From Basidiobolus meristosporus CBS 931.73 (lineage: Eukaryota > Fungi > Basidiobolomycota), in contig MCFE01000197.1 of NCBI GenBank assembly GCA_002104905.1, positions 1 to 64,000 of the forward strand: a stretch of DNA of 64,000 bases, in the 5' to 3' direction. The first letter of the stretch is position 1; every line of letters begins with the position of its first letter. The notes beneath the pieces are model-generated. The model did not search any database. It saw only the letters and a list, made by a program, of their open reading frames with translations, and had not been told where the DNA came from. Made by a program: the position numbers and the translations under genes. Below are positions 39,619 through 52,889 of the stretch, in pieces.

Positions 39619-42600
39619 ATGAATGTGAATAGAGTCACTGTTACTTGTAAGTTCCTTCCTTCCAGCTTCTCAAGAATTACGGCGAGACTTTTCCCTAACT
39701 TCCCTCTGACCCCCATCACACTCACCCAAACATCAAGATTGCGACCTTTATAACATATGGCCGCTAATACAAGAGGAGCTGCGTTCATACCTGCCCTTGA
39801 AGTCCCTAAACTGGAAACCGGGTTCAGATGTCAACCACATAATCGATTCATTGCCCATAGATCTTGTTGAGTACAATCCTAGCACTGCCGGTGCGCCAAC
39901 CAACGTCCCAGTTCGACTGAGCCAAGAGCCCTATTTGAATCTGTTTTTCGTGAATTGTGAAGTCGGTCCCATCCTATTTGGCTGTGCCTCTTCTTCGGTA
40001 GTAACTGAATTCCATTGTTTAGGACCTGGAGCAATATCGACAGAGTGTGAAAAAGCAGATAAAGGATTGGCACTCTGTAGTGTCAGCCAAAAAAGATCAA
40101 GAATGGCTTATCGTGTATGTAGCAGGGCATGAGCTCACACGGAACACATTCCTGAACATCAAGGGCACGGTCTACGATAGAATTCGTGCCGATTTCAACA
40201 CAAAGAAAGACAGGTGAGTAGTCTTGCAGCAAGGAGCATACTCCAGTCGTCAGCACCTAACTAATCCTGTTTTACCGTAGATGTTCCATTTTACGACCCC
40301 ACGACCACGAGGCAAAGAATGAACTTTGGCAGGACTTCATGACCAAAGTCAAAGACGGGATCATCACTAGCTTTGAATACCATGTTGCGCAGTACGAGGA
40401 GCATATCCGTAGAATGGATGCGCAGCGCCAGATGCCTGGCTGGAATTATTGCACCTTTTTCTTGATGAAGGTAGGATCGATGATGCAGCTACAACTGCTG
40501 GTTACTCTCAACTTGATTTGATTCTAGGAAAGCCTCGCGCAATCGTACGAAATGATGAATTTATTCGATCAAGCCTTGAAGCAATATGATGAGCTCGAGG
40601 CATCGTTCTTTCAAGTTCTCAAAGGTCGTAGACTTTCACTTTGCCTTGAAGCCAACAGTACGCTAACTACTCACGCCAAATAGACAAGGCGCTGACATGG
40701 TTCAAGAATTTCGGAGGCTTAGATCCTGGTGATGATAGCGCCGACATCCTTGATATGAATCGCAAGTCCTATAGAGATGCGATCCTGCAGAACGATATTT
40801 CCGTGTTCGATTTCCGGATTTATCTCTTTGCCAGACAATGCCGACTTCTCTTCTTGATTGGTGACCCAACTGAAGTTTGTGATCGCGCGTTGAAATTCAT
40901 CTCGACTTTCGTCCGGACGATCAGGGATTTTCAGGTTTGCCCCTTCAACCTTGGCGGTGCGACTTTATGATCACTGACTCCATGTGCACCTCCTTCCAGA
41001 GTAGCTTTAGTACGAACTTCCTAGAGATCTGGACCTTTTCGTCATGCATGAATGTGGTGGAGACCTGTGAGAAAGCCCATGTTTCCTCACGTCGAGACTC
41101 TGGGTTTCACTCCCATTATGCTGCTGTCAAAGCCGAGCTAGTGAGATGCGCTCGCATTCAGGTAGCCTTGATGACTGTTTCGATTGTTGGGAGGTTGCAC
41201 CACTGACGCGGTATCTAGTTGGATAAGCTTGGAATCTACTACGGCTATCTGCCTTGTTCCCCACCCTTCATTATGTCGTTGGAGAGCAACACGTCTGAGC
41301 AGCAGCAAGAGATAGATAGCTCCTTAGCAGAGCACCCTAAAGCCATGCACAATGAGGCACTTCGAAATGCTATCGGCGACGCACAGGCTTTTTACGACCT
41401 TTACCATGTAAGTGATGAATGGTTTGGTGGTGTGCACTTGCGTTTGCGATACTTAATCAAATATTTCAGGAACTAAGTAATCGAGCCATCAAGTATTATG
41501 ATTTGAGTGGGCATACTCGGTATATTGACCAACTCCAGGGGGATATTGCATCCTTGCATTTGTAAGCATCGGCTGCCTTCTATCCATAGTGAGACTCAGT
41601 GGTATTAACTCGGGCCTTGCACTAGCCACAATCAGCAGTATGCCGAAGCAGGCCAGATACTGAAGCCTATCTGTGCGAAATACATCGAAGCTGGCTGGTT
41701 TACGATTGAGAATCATTTGATGACCAAACTTGCTGAATCTCAGAAACATCTGCAGCAATACAGCCAATATCCTTGACGATCTCCAGATTACTAATCCATC
41801 TCTCAAAACTTCTTGACGCCCTTAACCATGCTTACGTATGCAGAGTCGTGTCTTGTTCTACTCACCACAACAAGATTCCTGTTAAGTGCGGAGCAAGTCT
41901 TACTCTACTCGCAGGAGCTGATCAAAGTGTCCACAGAGCTTGAAGAAGGTTGCCTCTTCCCGCGCGCATTAGTCAAATCAACTGAACTAAACCCAAGCAA
42001 ACTTTAGAGATCTCGCGCAACGTTGAACCATTGTTTGAGGTCACTGTCCTGAGTAAGAAGGATTCTGCCACGGAGTTGGCAATCGAAATGCTTGTAAACA
42101 ACTCACTCCCCATAGTCAGTAATCCGCCTAGTATGCTATATTCTCCGCACGATTGACATCTTCGAGCTGTTTAGGAATTCACTGCTTCCAAACTTAGCCT
42201 GAAACTCGCTGGGGATATCACTAATGAGATCGAATTTTACTGTGAAAACCAACTACTCAAGCCTGGGTCCAACATGTGCCGGTTGATCTGTGAAGTAATG
42301 TTGGAGCCGGGCAGTTTCTCCCACGACCACCATCCTGACCTATTGCTATATTTCCTTCTAGACATCCGCACCGGGCAATTACGTTCTTGACAACATACGA
42401 ATGAATGTTGGGAAGCTGGTATTCACTCATTACTTACTCCGGGAAACCAAGAAGAGAACCTTCCGGATCAACGAGCATCCATCGACCATCAAGATCCAGG
42501 CGTCTCTACCCAAGATAGGTAATATCCAGACGTAGTCCTACTCTCTCCCTGCTCTCACTGACTCGGGTTCCAGTTCACATCGGGGGTCAAGATACGATCC

Positions 42601-44595
42601 TTGTTCAAATATTGACGCGCCAGGACTCTATCGAAAATGGGGTAATTCGAGTCAAAAGTCTAACTGATCTCCTCACCCTCAAACCCTGCGACAACACCAC
42701 AGGCAAGATACTTTATCGTCAAGAAAGTAAGCCATACAGCACGCACGCATGCACCATACGTTCCAAACTAATCTTGGCAAACCTAGCTTTTCTTGAATCT
42801 ACCCCGCAGGAGGATGAGTCTACCGTCACACTTGACCGTGTGGGCGAAGACTACAAATTGCCCTCTTTGCCCGAGCAATCTTTACTTAGGTTTACGGTAC
42901 CCTGCGAGGAATTTAGTACCAGTCATGGCAAGGTTGGGATTCATCACCTCTCAGGTTGAATATCCAGTCAGCACTCACCCAAGCTCCTACACTCCAGATT
43001 GGAATCGTTGTTGAATACACTACCAAGAAGGGTCAGAATCGCACGTACTCCACAACGCAAGAAGTGGACCTTTCCATCCCACTAACTTGGTCCCACAAAG
43101 TGTATTTCCAAGAGAACTGGTAGGCCGGTACATATTTATCCTAATAGCCATCATTCGCTAAACCGTCGTAGCGCCTTCTTCAAGGTCCATTTGGAATGTC
43201 GTTCTACGGCCCCTATCCGTATTCAAACCACATCACTCAACACCACCGCGGAATTCGAGCTAGCCCAAGCTTCTAAGCTAAACCAGTTGAACACGGTAAT
43301 GTAGTTGGATAGGCGCTGATTTAGCAAGAGATTAACGGTCACCGTGTTTCCAGCTTTTGTTCCCACGACAAGACATGACTGTGTTATACAAGCTCAAGAG
43401 AGGAGCAGGTTTGTTCTCGATAACCTGTACGACTATCATTAAGTTTCATTTATTTACTCATGTTTCCCGTAGAATATGAATCGAGAAAAACTAGTCATCA
43501 TTTTGATTTGGAGCTCGCCTACTGCACTCTTCAGGATGGTTTGGGATTCCATGGAAAGTTTCATTGTATCGCTCTCCAAATAACCATCACTTTGCCACCC
43601 TAGAGATCGAATCCACCATCATTCGCCGGCTGCACGATCTCCTCAAGAAAGAGCAGCTTGTTCAGCACGCCTCCTTCCTCATTCCATACATGAAGCAGCA
43701 TATCCGGCAGAAGGTCGATCTATTTTCGTACGGGATGACCAACACCGTGACCCTTGGCGAATTCGACTCGACCTCCCTAGAGAAGCTGCTGATGCATGAC
43801 GAAGAGAGCACAGCCAAAACGTTGTTGGAGACCATGGGCCAATTCTTTGAAGTAAGCCGCTCCGGTTGGCCAACATCGTGACTCGGATTCCCTAACCTCA
43901 CTTCATGTAGATGTATCAAACCATAGATATGGAGGAGATCGAGCCAGATCTAGGCCCGTATCAGCAAACGTTGAACATCCCCATGAGTGCGCCAGTATAT
44001 GAGGTTGGCCCAATTTATTAACCAATAAGTGCCGTTTCTGACCTAGTGGATCAGCTTTTATGCCAGGTGCAGCTTCATCATCTCGAGGAGGGGGTTGTCA
44101 ACATTGGGAGCGCGTGTCCGTTCAAGATGGTCCTCAAGCTGGCGGATTATTGGAAGCCCCGGCAAGACCGTTTACCGGTGGAGTTGCAATACGACATCGG
44201 GATTGATGGTGAGCAATGGCTGCTCTCCGGAAGGAAACGTGCCCACTTCACATTGGACGTAAGTAGCCTATCCCACTGACCGAACAACAAACCCCAACCA
44301 ACCTGCTTCACAGATGGACTCAACGATGGAGATCCACTTTATGCTGGTTCCACTCAAGACAGGCTTTCTTCCGTACCCATCGGTGGAGATCACCTCCGAT
44401 TCACTCGAGCAGGTCGGCATGTGCTACGTCAACGGAGGTAAGCAGCTGTTCGTGGTCCCCAAGGAGAACACCACAACCATCTTCCTGGAGAACCCACGTC
44501 CCATCATCAACAATATATGGCGACGCGAGTCCCTTGATGCCGACATCTCCATGTATGGCTCTGATTCCGACTCTGCGTCGGATGACTCTGATTAG
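39619..44595 (+). CDS. TRS130: TRAPP II subunit Trs130/TRAPPC10
   Basis: RVTVT at the start, PLKSLNWK, EPYLNLFFVNCE, QRQMPGWNYCTFFLMKE, FDFRIYLFARQ, WLLSGRKRAHF, LVPLKTGFLPYP; many introns. Start codon inferred. Confidence 0.85.
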
Positions 44596-44856
44596 GTACA
44601 TACGACTCCGCTACACCATGTTATCGCAGCCATACCATCTATTCATGCCATGTCAATAAACACTGATAATGGGCTTTTCAACTTGATAATCTCGATTGTG
44701 TACAAAATAAGGGGCGAGGCAGCATCAAGAGATAGCGGGTGCGGAGGCTTGCCCAAACTAGGTTTGCTATAGGATACAGGGGGTGGTAGTGGTGGTGGTA
44801 GGCAGGGGAAGGTGCTAAATAATACAATCATTCACGGCTCTAGTGGATGCTTAACA

Positions 44857-46436
44857 TTACTCAAATCTCAAATTCAGTAGCTCCCATAGCTGTCTCATCG
44901 AGAGTGGTCCATCCCCGTGGTAAGTGGTTCGCGCCGCTATCGGCAAGGACTCGATGTAGTCCCGTATCGCCCGCACCCCATCCCCACTAAACACGCAGAA
45001 CATCGGCAGCTGGGTGATGGAAAAGTCCTTCGGCGGGGCGCGGGAGAACTTCTGTAGGTCGGCCCGTAGAAAGGCGGGGATCCCGGTCAGGGTGATATGG
45101 GTTAGCTGCGGCGTGATGTTCAGCAATCTCAGGATGCCCGGTACGGTGATTTGAACGCAGTACGACAGATGCAGTCGCTCCAACGATTGACACGCCACTA
45201 TCCCACACATGAATCCATAGATCCCCCGGTCAGTGATGCTGGCACACTTTACCAGACCGACTCTCCGAAGCTTCGGCAACGTTCCCAACTCGTACATGGA
45301 GGCGTCCGTTAACTGGTTGCAGCAAGCAAGATCCAAGTAACGTATCCTGGTGCAGTGGCGCGTAAGGGTGGCCACCCCCTTGTCAGTGATCCGCGCACAA
45401 TGTCCCAGGACCAGGTTGTGGAGTTGCTTTCCAAGCTTGGCGATGTGGGAGATGGCCGCGTCGGTCAGGTTGACACATTTCGCTAGTACGAGGTGGCGTA
45501 ACCGTGGGCATCGCTGGATTAGATTGCCGATGGTGGCGTCGGTAATCTGGGAGCATGAGGTCAGATCCAAGATCCGAAGTTGGTTGAAGTCGGGGTGGAT
45601 CCTTGCGAAAGAAAGATCGGTAATCCGCACGCAGGCAGCCAACCTCAGCTCACGAAGCGTTATGCAATGCTCCAGTATCTGGCTGACGGAGGCATCCGTC
45701 ACCTCTCCACACTGAGCCAGATCCAGCTCAGTCAGACCCCTAAAAGAGGAAATCATTTGCACGGAAGCGTCGCCCAGTCGCAAGCAACCAGCACATTTCA
45801 GCTAACAACATAGAGATCCATTAATGCTCCATTGAATAATATTGGGGTTAGGCGTGGAACTGCGAACTGGTGAGAACGTACCCTTTTAATACCCAGGTGC
45901 TCCCTAAAGCTAAGCAACGCCTCGTCCTCGACATTCTGGGACCCACTGATGTTCAGAGATTGCAGTTGTCGACAACACGCCGACAGCGCCAAAAGACACT
46001 GATTGTCGAGCACCAGCTCGCTCAGATCGATGCTCAGCAAATTGGGCCACTGCTGTACGAGTTGGGTGACCAGGGGACTGGGGATACTTTTGCACCCCCC
46101 GAAAGACACTTTCTCCACCCGGTTGCATAAAGACAGCTTGGCAATGGCCTCCTCACCTGCAAGCTCCCCGCCAAGAAGGGACAGGTTGATCCGACGCACG
46201 TAGTTGGAATACGGGGGTCGGAGCACCTCCGACATCTGGAGGAAGCCGGTTAGAGAGGAGAAGGATAGTCTGTGCCAAACGTGTTCCACACACAAATCGT
46301 GCCATCTCCTACACACCAGAAGACAGGAAAGGTGAGTGTTACGCGAACGGAACAGTTGGAAAATATGGACCAATATCTCGTTCGGCAGGTCCTGAATAAC
46401 AAGTGCCGGACACGGTGGCGAAACTAGGGTCATCAT
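44857..46436 (-). CDS. GRR1: F-box/leucine-rich repeat SCF substrate adaptor, Grr1-like
   Basis: F-box LPNEILVHIF..CLLVCRRW; cysteine-containing LRRs (LDLTSCSQITD, LVLGHCARITD); C-terminal FCVFSG; one intron ~45783-45890. Confidence 0.85.
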
Positions 46437-47187
46437 ACACAGTTCAAGGCTGTTCAACGCTTCTATGTGGAATGACAGTCGATGGGGAGAGTGGGGAAGC
46501 AGGTATCAGGGAAGTAGCGGGCAGACAACCTGGATTCTAGGAAAACCAGCGCTTGGTTTCTTAAACGGGCCACGCTTATAAATAAGGGCAGGGCTCAAAA
46601 GGTGACACAAAGGCAGAGAGACAGATTAGAAACTAAGTTACAGTAGTACATTTAGTTCATTAAGATCACTGGCGATAATTAAGCACGATATATATTTGGA
46701 AGCGAATTACAAATGAGAGATCAAACGGTACCGTTTGCAATTCTTAAAATGGAGATTTCGCTCCAGGAACAATCTATGCAATCCCAGCAGTAAATGGATT
46801 CTGGCCAGCGTTGATTGTTCTACTCAATGGCTGCATCATTCTTTTGACCTGGCATTATGATGCTATATGGTGGTGAGCCAGAGGTATGAGGGATTCTTTG
46901 GAACACAATAGGCCATTGGGATTTTGGGAGATGAAACAAGTTTTGGCGTATGTATTATGTCGTTGGTCAGGCTGACGATGAGGACCAGGGTTAGGGGAGG
47001 AGATGGGGATGGAAGGTTTACAGTCACGGTCACGGTCACGAGCTTGTTCCGTAACACCTTATCCCGTAATAATTTGGCCCGGATTCCTCAGCATGTTCGG
47101 ATTAGGAAAACCCACGAAAAAAAAGAAAAAAACCACCGGATGGTTGCATTCATCTCTCGCACGGTGACTTGTTGTTCCTAGGAAACC

Positions 47188-48582
47188 ATGAGTATCGAGG
47201 GAAAGACCAAAACGCCGGAGGCTGTCGAAGATGACACTTACGATTTCGCCAAGTGGCACGAGGATGTCCCGGTAGCACCGCCAAAGAAGAAGAAGGCCAA
47301 GAAGGAGAAGAAGGAGAAAAAGGAGAAGAAAGAGAAGAAGGAAAAGAAGGAGAAGAAGGACAAATCGAAGAAGAGAAAAAAGAATGTCGAGGAAGAAGAG
47401 GAGAAAGAGGAGGAGAAGGAGGAAAGTGCGGAAGCCGAGAAAGCTGACTCCGAATCCGACTCTGAATCGGAGTCAGAGTCGGAGTCAGAGTCTGAATCAG
47501 AACGTGAGCTTGAAGACGACCCTGATACCCAACCACCAAAGAAGAAGAAGAAGAAGGCGGAGGAAAAGCCCGCAAAAGATAAGGAAAGATCTAAACATGG
47601 TGTCTGGATTGGAAATCTCTCCTTCAAAACCACTAGAGGAAGTCTCCATAAGTTCTTCTCTACTTGCGGAGAAATCACTCGCGTACATCTCCCCATGGGG
47701 AACAATGGCAACAGAGGGTATTACCAATATACTATATACGAGAGTGTTTGGCGCTGGGTATCCTAACCTTATCAACTGATAGTTTTGCTTATGTGGATTT
47801 CACCTGCGCTGAAGAGGTCGAGGCTGCCATTACCTTGAGTGAGCAAGAACTAGACGGCCGGCAAGTCCTTATCAAGAACTCGCAAGATTTCGCCAAAACT
47901 GGTAGACCTTCTACCTTCCCAACCACCGAGTCGTCCCTGAAAGCATCCAAGCAAAAGCAAAAGCACGAGCCTAGCCCCACTCTTTTCCTTGGCAATCTTT
48001 CATTCAACACCACTAGAGACGGTATCAAGTCTCTTTTCGAGGATTGTGGCAAGATCATCAAGGTAAGACTGGCGACCTTTGAGGATTCCGGCAAATGCAA
48101 AGGGTAAGTCTCGGCTTTCTACGGTGGTGTTCCAGGAGAGGTATTGACTTTCGCTCGTGGTTAGATTCGCATATGTCGATTTTGAAGAAGCCGAGAGTGC
48201 TACCAAAGCCATCAACGACAGATCCAAGCAGTGGCTGGATGGCAGAAAGCTCAGAATAGAGTATGGATCGGCCGAAGCCACCAAGCGTGGTGCTCCCTGG
48301 CTGCATGATAAAAAACCAAGAAGGTATGGTGAGGGTGAGGATGGCGAAGGTGAGGGTGAGGGTGAGAGCCAAGAAGGGGGCGAAGGTCACTACAGAGGCT
48401 ATCGTAGAAACGGCGAGGAGGGTGGATTCCAGCGCTATCAAAAGAACGATGCAGGGGACGATCTCAAGCCACGTAGAAGAAGAAGGAGAGAACAGCCACA
48501 AAAGAGCACCAGCCATTTACCGCCACCCAAAAAGTCCGAAGCACCGGTTCCTTTCGAAGGAAAGAAGATTGTCTTTGAGTAG
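47188..48582 (+). CDS. Nucleolar two-RRM RNA-binding protein, Nop13-like
   Basis: K/E-rich and (ES)n low-complexity N-terminus; RRM1 VWIGNLSF..RG|FAYVDF; RRM2 LFLGNLSF..LATFEDSGKCKG|FAYVDF; C-terminal FEGKKIVFE. Confidence 0.85.
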
Positions 48583-48875
48583 AATAGAATGTAAATGTAC
48601 AATTCCCGCTGAATGGCACTTTCGCAGGTAGCATTAATAAATCCACGTGTTTAAAGTCTGACATCTCACACACGGTGATTTCACTGATCCTGAAGTAATG
48701 GATTGGGGGGGGGGAGAATATTGCGGAGCTCGTGTGACCTACTTCGGGATATATTTGTAATGTATGCCTAAAGAAATTTTTGTCCCTTCATTTAAAATTG
48801 GCCGGGCTGGACAGGTGTTGGATATACACGTTGGTTACTTTTCCCCTCCATACCGACTCTTTTGAAGTAGCAATC

Positions 48876-49740
48876 ATGTCTTTCGCTAGAGGTTTATTTA
48901 GCAATTTCAAGGCAGTCTCGACGTACAGGGCTAGCCTAAGACCCACCAGCCGTGCCTTCACGGCGCTGACGAACCAGAGCAACGTAACTCCCTTCCAGAG
49001 CAGAATTCTGGGAAGCAAGCAGCTCGGTAGCTTCAACCAAGGTAGATCTTCCACAATACTTCTCGCAACCTGTGCAAGGAAACTCAACCTCTACACCGAA
49101 TCTAGCTCGTACCCTGTTCATTCAAACCGAAGTAACGCCCAACCAAGATTCCCTCAAGTTCATTCCTGGGGTTCCCGTGATGGGGGAGCAAGGGACTGCG
49201 GAGTTCTTGAATTTCCGGGACGCCATGAACTCCGGACTGGCCAAGAAATTGCTCAACATCGAGGGCGTAAGAAGTGTGTTCTTCGGCCCCGATTTCATCA
49301 CCATTACCAAAGATACCGACACCCCTTGGCAGCTCATGAAGCCCGACATCTACGGCTCCATCACCGACTTCGTGGATTCTGGGGAACCGATCCTATATGA
49401 CCAAAACGCCCTTTCAGATACCACTATCCTACCGGACGATTCGGAGGCGGTTCAAATGATCAAGGAGCTGTTGGACACCCGTATAAGACCCTCCATCCAG
49501 GAGGACGGCGGCGATATCGAGTACCGCGGGTTCGATGATGGTGTGGTGAAGTTGAAGCTCAAGGGAGCCTGTCGTACGTGCGATTCGAGTGTCATCACAC
49601 TCAAGAATGGAATCGAGAATATGCTCATGCACTACATCCCAGAGGTGACCGCAGTCGAACAGGTGCTGGATGAAGAGGAGAAGATTGCCCAACAAGAGTT
49701 CGAGAAGCTTGAGAAGAAATTGGCGGAGAAGAAGAATTGA
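48876..49740 (+). CDS. NFU1: Mitochondrial Fe-S cluster scaffold/carrier Nfu1
   Basis: Presequence-like exon 1; FIQTEVTPNQDSLKFIPG; IRPSIQEDGGDI; LKGACRTC (CxxC); TLKNGIENMLMHYIPEV. Confidence 0.95.
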
Positions 49741-49955
49741 GTTGTGTAAGTAGCATCAACCAAGCCAGCGATGTTTCGTCGCCTGTTGGCACCTTTTCTG
49801 TAGTATATTCATCTTCATCTCCCGCATCCCGCCTTTCCTTCAAATAAACCTTCGTTTGGCAAACCTTTTATATATTGGCATTAAAACATACATGTGGGTG
49901 GGATCAAGGGTGGTCGAGGTAATAGTACAGAAAAAGGTTCGCTCCCGGCTGAGCT

Positions 49956-50708
49956 TCATCTCAAATGGATGGTCGTGGCCTGCTTGTCCACGAGCCAGCC
50001 TTCCTCCTTCTTTTTCAGATTCAAGTGCGCCCTGGACAGACTACAATAGTTTACCTCCACTAGAGTGCGTTCTTTGAAGCAGGCCTCCAACAAGGAGTTG
50101 ACCCCTGCTCCGTGCGTCACTAGAATCACCGTGGGGAAGGGCTCGTTTTCAGGGGTATCTTGTTCAAGCTGCTGCACCGTGCGCTCCAAAAAGTCCCGGA
50201 ACCTTGCTGCCAACTGGTCCAGGGTTTCAGGGAACTCCGGCAGGTGATTGAGCTGAGGTTTGTAAGCGAGTTCCAACGGAACCCGGTTGACGAGGCAAGC
50301 CTCCTTACAGGAGGAGATGAGGGAGTCCGGAATCTGCTCCGTGAAATATTCCTCGCTCATCCATTCCGATAGAGCAGGCTCCAGTCGGATCCCGCCCACG
50401 ATTTCCGAGTAACGGCTGGTCCCGATGCCACGTATGATCCCCTCCGCCGTTTGAATGCAGCGCAGGAAAGGTGAGGCGTAGAGGAGGTACCGTGTTTTAC
50501 TATGTGGCCTCACGAAAGAGTCGAAATTTTCCTGGGCAAGATCTCGTAAGTAGTAGCCGGTCTTGGTCGCTTGTTTGGCTCCTAGCTCGGTTAAAGGGGG
50601 GTCGTATGGAGTGGTGGTGGTATATCTCCAGTTCGGGTCGACGAAATCCGTGCGCTCCCCGTGGCGGACAAACCACACCGTAAGTTTTCGCGGCTCACTA
50701 ACTGGCAT
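49956..50708 (-). CDS. Histidine phosphatase (phosphoglycerate mutase-like) family protein
   Basis: VWFVRHGER, DPPLTELG, YASPFLRCIQTA, EWMS, ILVTHG; intronless. Confidence 0.9.
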   Translation of the reverse strand: MPVSEPRKLTVWFVRHGERTDFVDPNWRYTTTTPYDPPLTELGAKQATKTGYYLRDLAQENFDSFVRPHSKTRYLLYASPFLRCIQTAEGIIRGIGTSRYSEIVGGIRLEPALSEWMSEEYFTEQIPDSLISSCKEACLVNRVPLELAYKPQLNHLPEFPETLDQLAARFRDFLERTVQQLEQDTPENEPFPTVILVTHGAGVNSLLEACFKERTLVEVNYCSLSRAHLNLKKKEEGWLVDKQATTIHLR

Positions 50709-51693
50709 TTGGTGGGTGTTCTGGGAGGAGACGATCGTTGGGCTGCGGTGTGGTGTGGTGTGGTGTGTTGTGTTGATAATAGACAACCAAAAGGGAGTGG
50801 TCCCTTGAAGAGATGGAAACTCTGGCAATGTTGATTTAACATGTGAATTTAAATTAGCGCTCAACCATGCTATTGGCTTCCAAGGAATCTCATCTAACTT
50901 ACATATATCGGCTATACTGTCCATATTTATATAAATTTATGATATCATTAAATGGCTAAACCAGGATTGCCTACACTAGAAGTCACTTGCTATTATCAAT
51001 CGCACAGGCTATGGTACTGAGGTTACCAACATGAATGCGCGAAAAGGCCCAAGCGCTTGGCTCAAATGGCATCGATTGGAATAGACACAAAATCCCAAAA
51101 AGCAGCACCCCTGTGTACTAATATCCCTGATGAATACTCTTCTGGAATGGTGGTTTTCATAATACATTAGCATCATATGAGTTCGTCCCATAGAACGTAT
51201 CTCTGCACGGTTGTTAAGTAATTCGAATTGCTTGGAAATTGCTACGGCGGGCAACTTGTCTTACAGCTCTGTATGAAATATTGATCCATCTTGTTTCGTA
51301 TCAGCATTCGTGCCATATAATGCAAGCAGGAACTGGAGCTGGCCGGTGTTTAGGCCATTGAGTCAAAGGTGGCTATTCCAATTACTTGGTGGAATACATA
51401 ACATTTACTCTTGGTGGCAATAAACCAGATTCTATGCTAGGGTGAAATATGGAATATGAACTGTGGTCATTAGAGCCAGCTCATAAACTAACACTTAACT
51501 CTTTAAACTGGTAGCCCTTGATGCTATTAAACTTATACAACCACCTCCAGGGAACCCACAAACTTTGTGTTGTGAATTTTGTACTCAATCATAAATACTC
51601 TATTCACTCAGTCATTTGGATTGAGGCTTATGAGCTTTGCTACAGCCCACTCAAGGTGTTATTTGGGATCTATATAAGAATTTTTATTAGAAT

Positions 51694-52850
51694 TGTTGTT
51701 AGAGTTTTGGAGATATTGGAGTTGATTGGAAGTGATTTGAAGAACAAGCAGACTATGTGGTTTTCACTTAATGATTTGTTGAATGCAAAGGTAGTAGTTA
51801 TACTTCTACATAGTTTGGCAAAATAAACCCATAAAATATGCTTAGAAAGGTCTAACAAATATGTGTGCAAAGTTTGGGGTGGTTTGGACAACTCTCAGAA
51901 ATTTGATGTGTTGGTGAGAATATTCCAAGCAAATTCTGCCAAGGGATTTGGTTAGAGCTGGTAGGTAATGCCATAAGTGACTAAGTTAGGTGAGTATTTA
52001 GGGCTGCTTTTACTGTCTAGGGCACATTAATATGGACTGGATAAGCATAGGCCAAGTTTGAACCCTCATCAATATAGTAAGTTGGGCTATTTCTAATCTA
52101 GTTAGATCTTTTGCCTTAGGATACTGGAATGACCACTTCTGGCATATTTGTATGCACTAATTCAGGCTGAAGCACAGTTGTGGAGTTGTGTGGAGTGAAC
52201 AAGCTTTTGTTTTAGCTCAGATTCAGTCCACACTACTGGCAGACTTGAGATTGAATTGTTGCCAAACAGCACATCCCTGGACTTGACCAGCTTCTTTGCT
52301 TTGGCTTAATAGAGTCTGTATGCCTTACTCCAGTTTTTGTAATACAAGAATATGTGCTTTACACTTTTTGGCACAAAATTTGAATTATTTCAAGCAGTTT
52401 CTTGGCATATGCTGTGCAACCAGATGTTTTTAGGTGCTCTGCAGTTGGTTTATATCCATACTGCGCCACAAATAGGGTAGAATCACAAAGCATTCTGCCA
52501 TATCTTCTATTTCTAGGTTACACAGATGTAGGAACTGATTCTGCCCAGAGTTCATAGGATAATGTTGGATCAGGGATCATAGATCTTGCCATGTTAACCA
52601 TTGATCTGTTTGCATGTTCCAACACTTCTTTTTGCTGTGGGGAGTATGGTAGAGCAGTCTCCTGCATTATCCCATGAATTTAGCAGAAGTGGATGGAAAG
52701 TACTGAGGTACATTTGCCACCATTGTCAGGGTGCATTTTCTAGATTTTTTTCCCCAGTTTCTATCTTTGCCATGGCTTTAAACTCCCAGCATATATATAG
52801 AGCTTCTTCCTTTCTCTCCATGCAGCAGTCCCAAGTATATCTTATGTGAT
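51694..52850 (-). mobile_element. Degenerate copia LTR (51694-~52005) plus adjacent decayed integrase fragment
   Basis: LTR begins tgttgttagagttttggagatattgg and follows the family LTR; 52050-52850 is colinear with 59560-60420 of the better-preserved element but carries deletions and stops. Confidence 0.7.
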
Positions 52851-52889
52851 CATCAATACACTGTTGCAAGAGTCTTGGAGATATTGGAA

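Noticed and set aside
47290-47500. AAG/GAG and GAGTCA repeats
   Set aside because: Coding low-complexity K/E and (ES)n tracts typical of nucleolar proteins.
51009-51254. 81-aa ORF at the gene/TE border
   Set aside because: No recognisable family; other frames are stop-ridden; cannot be supported.
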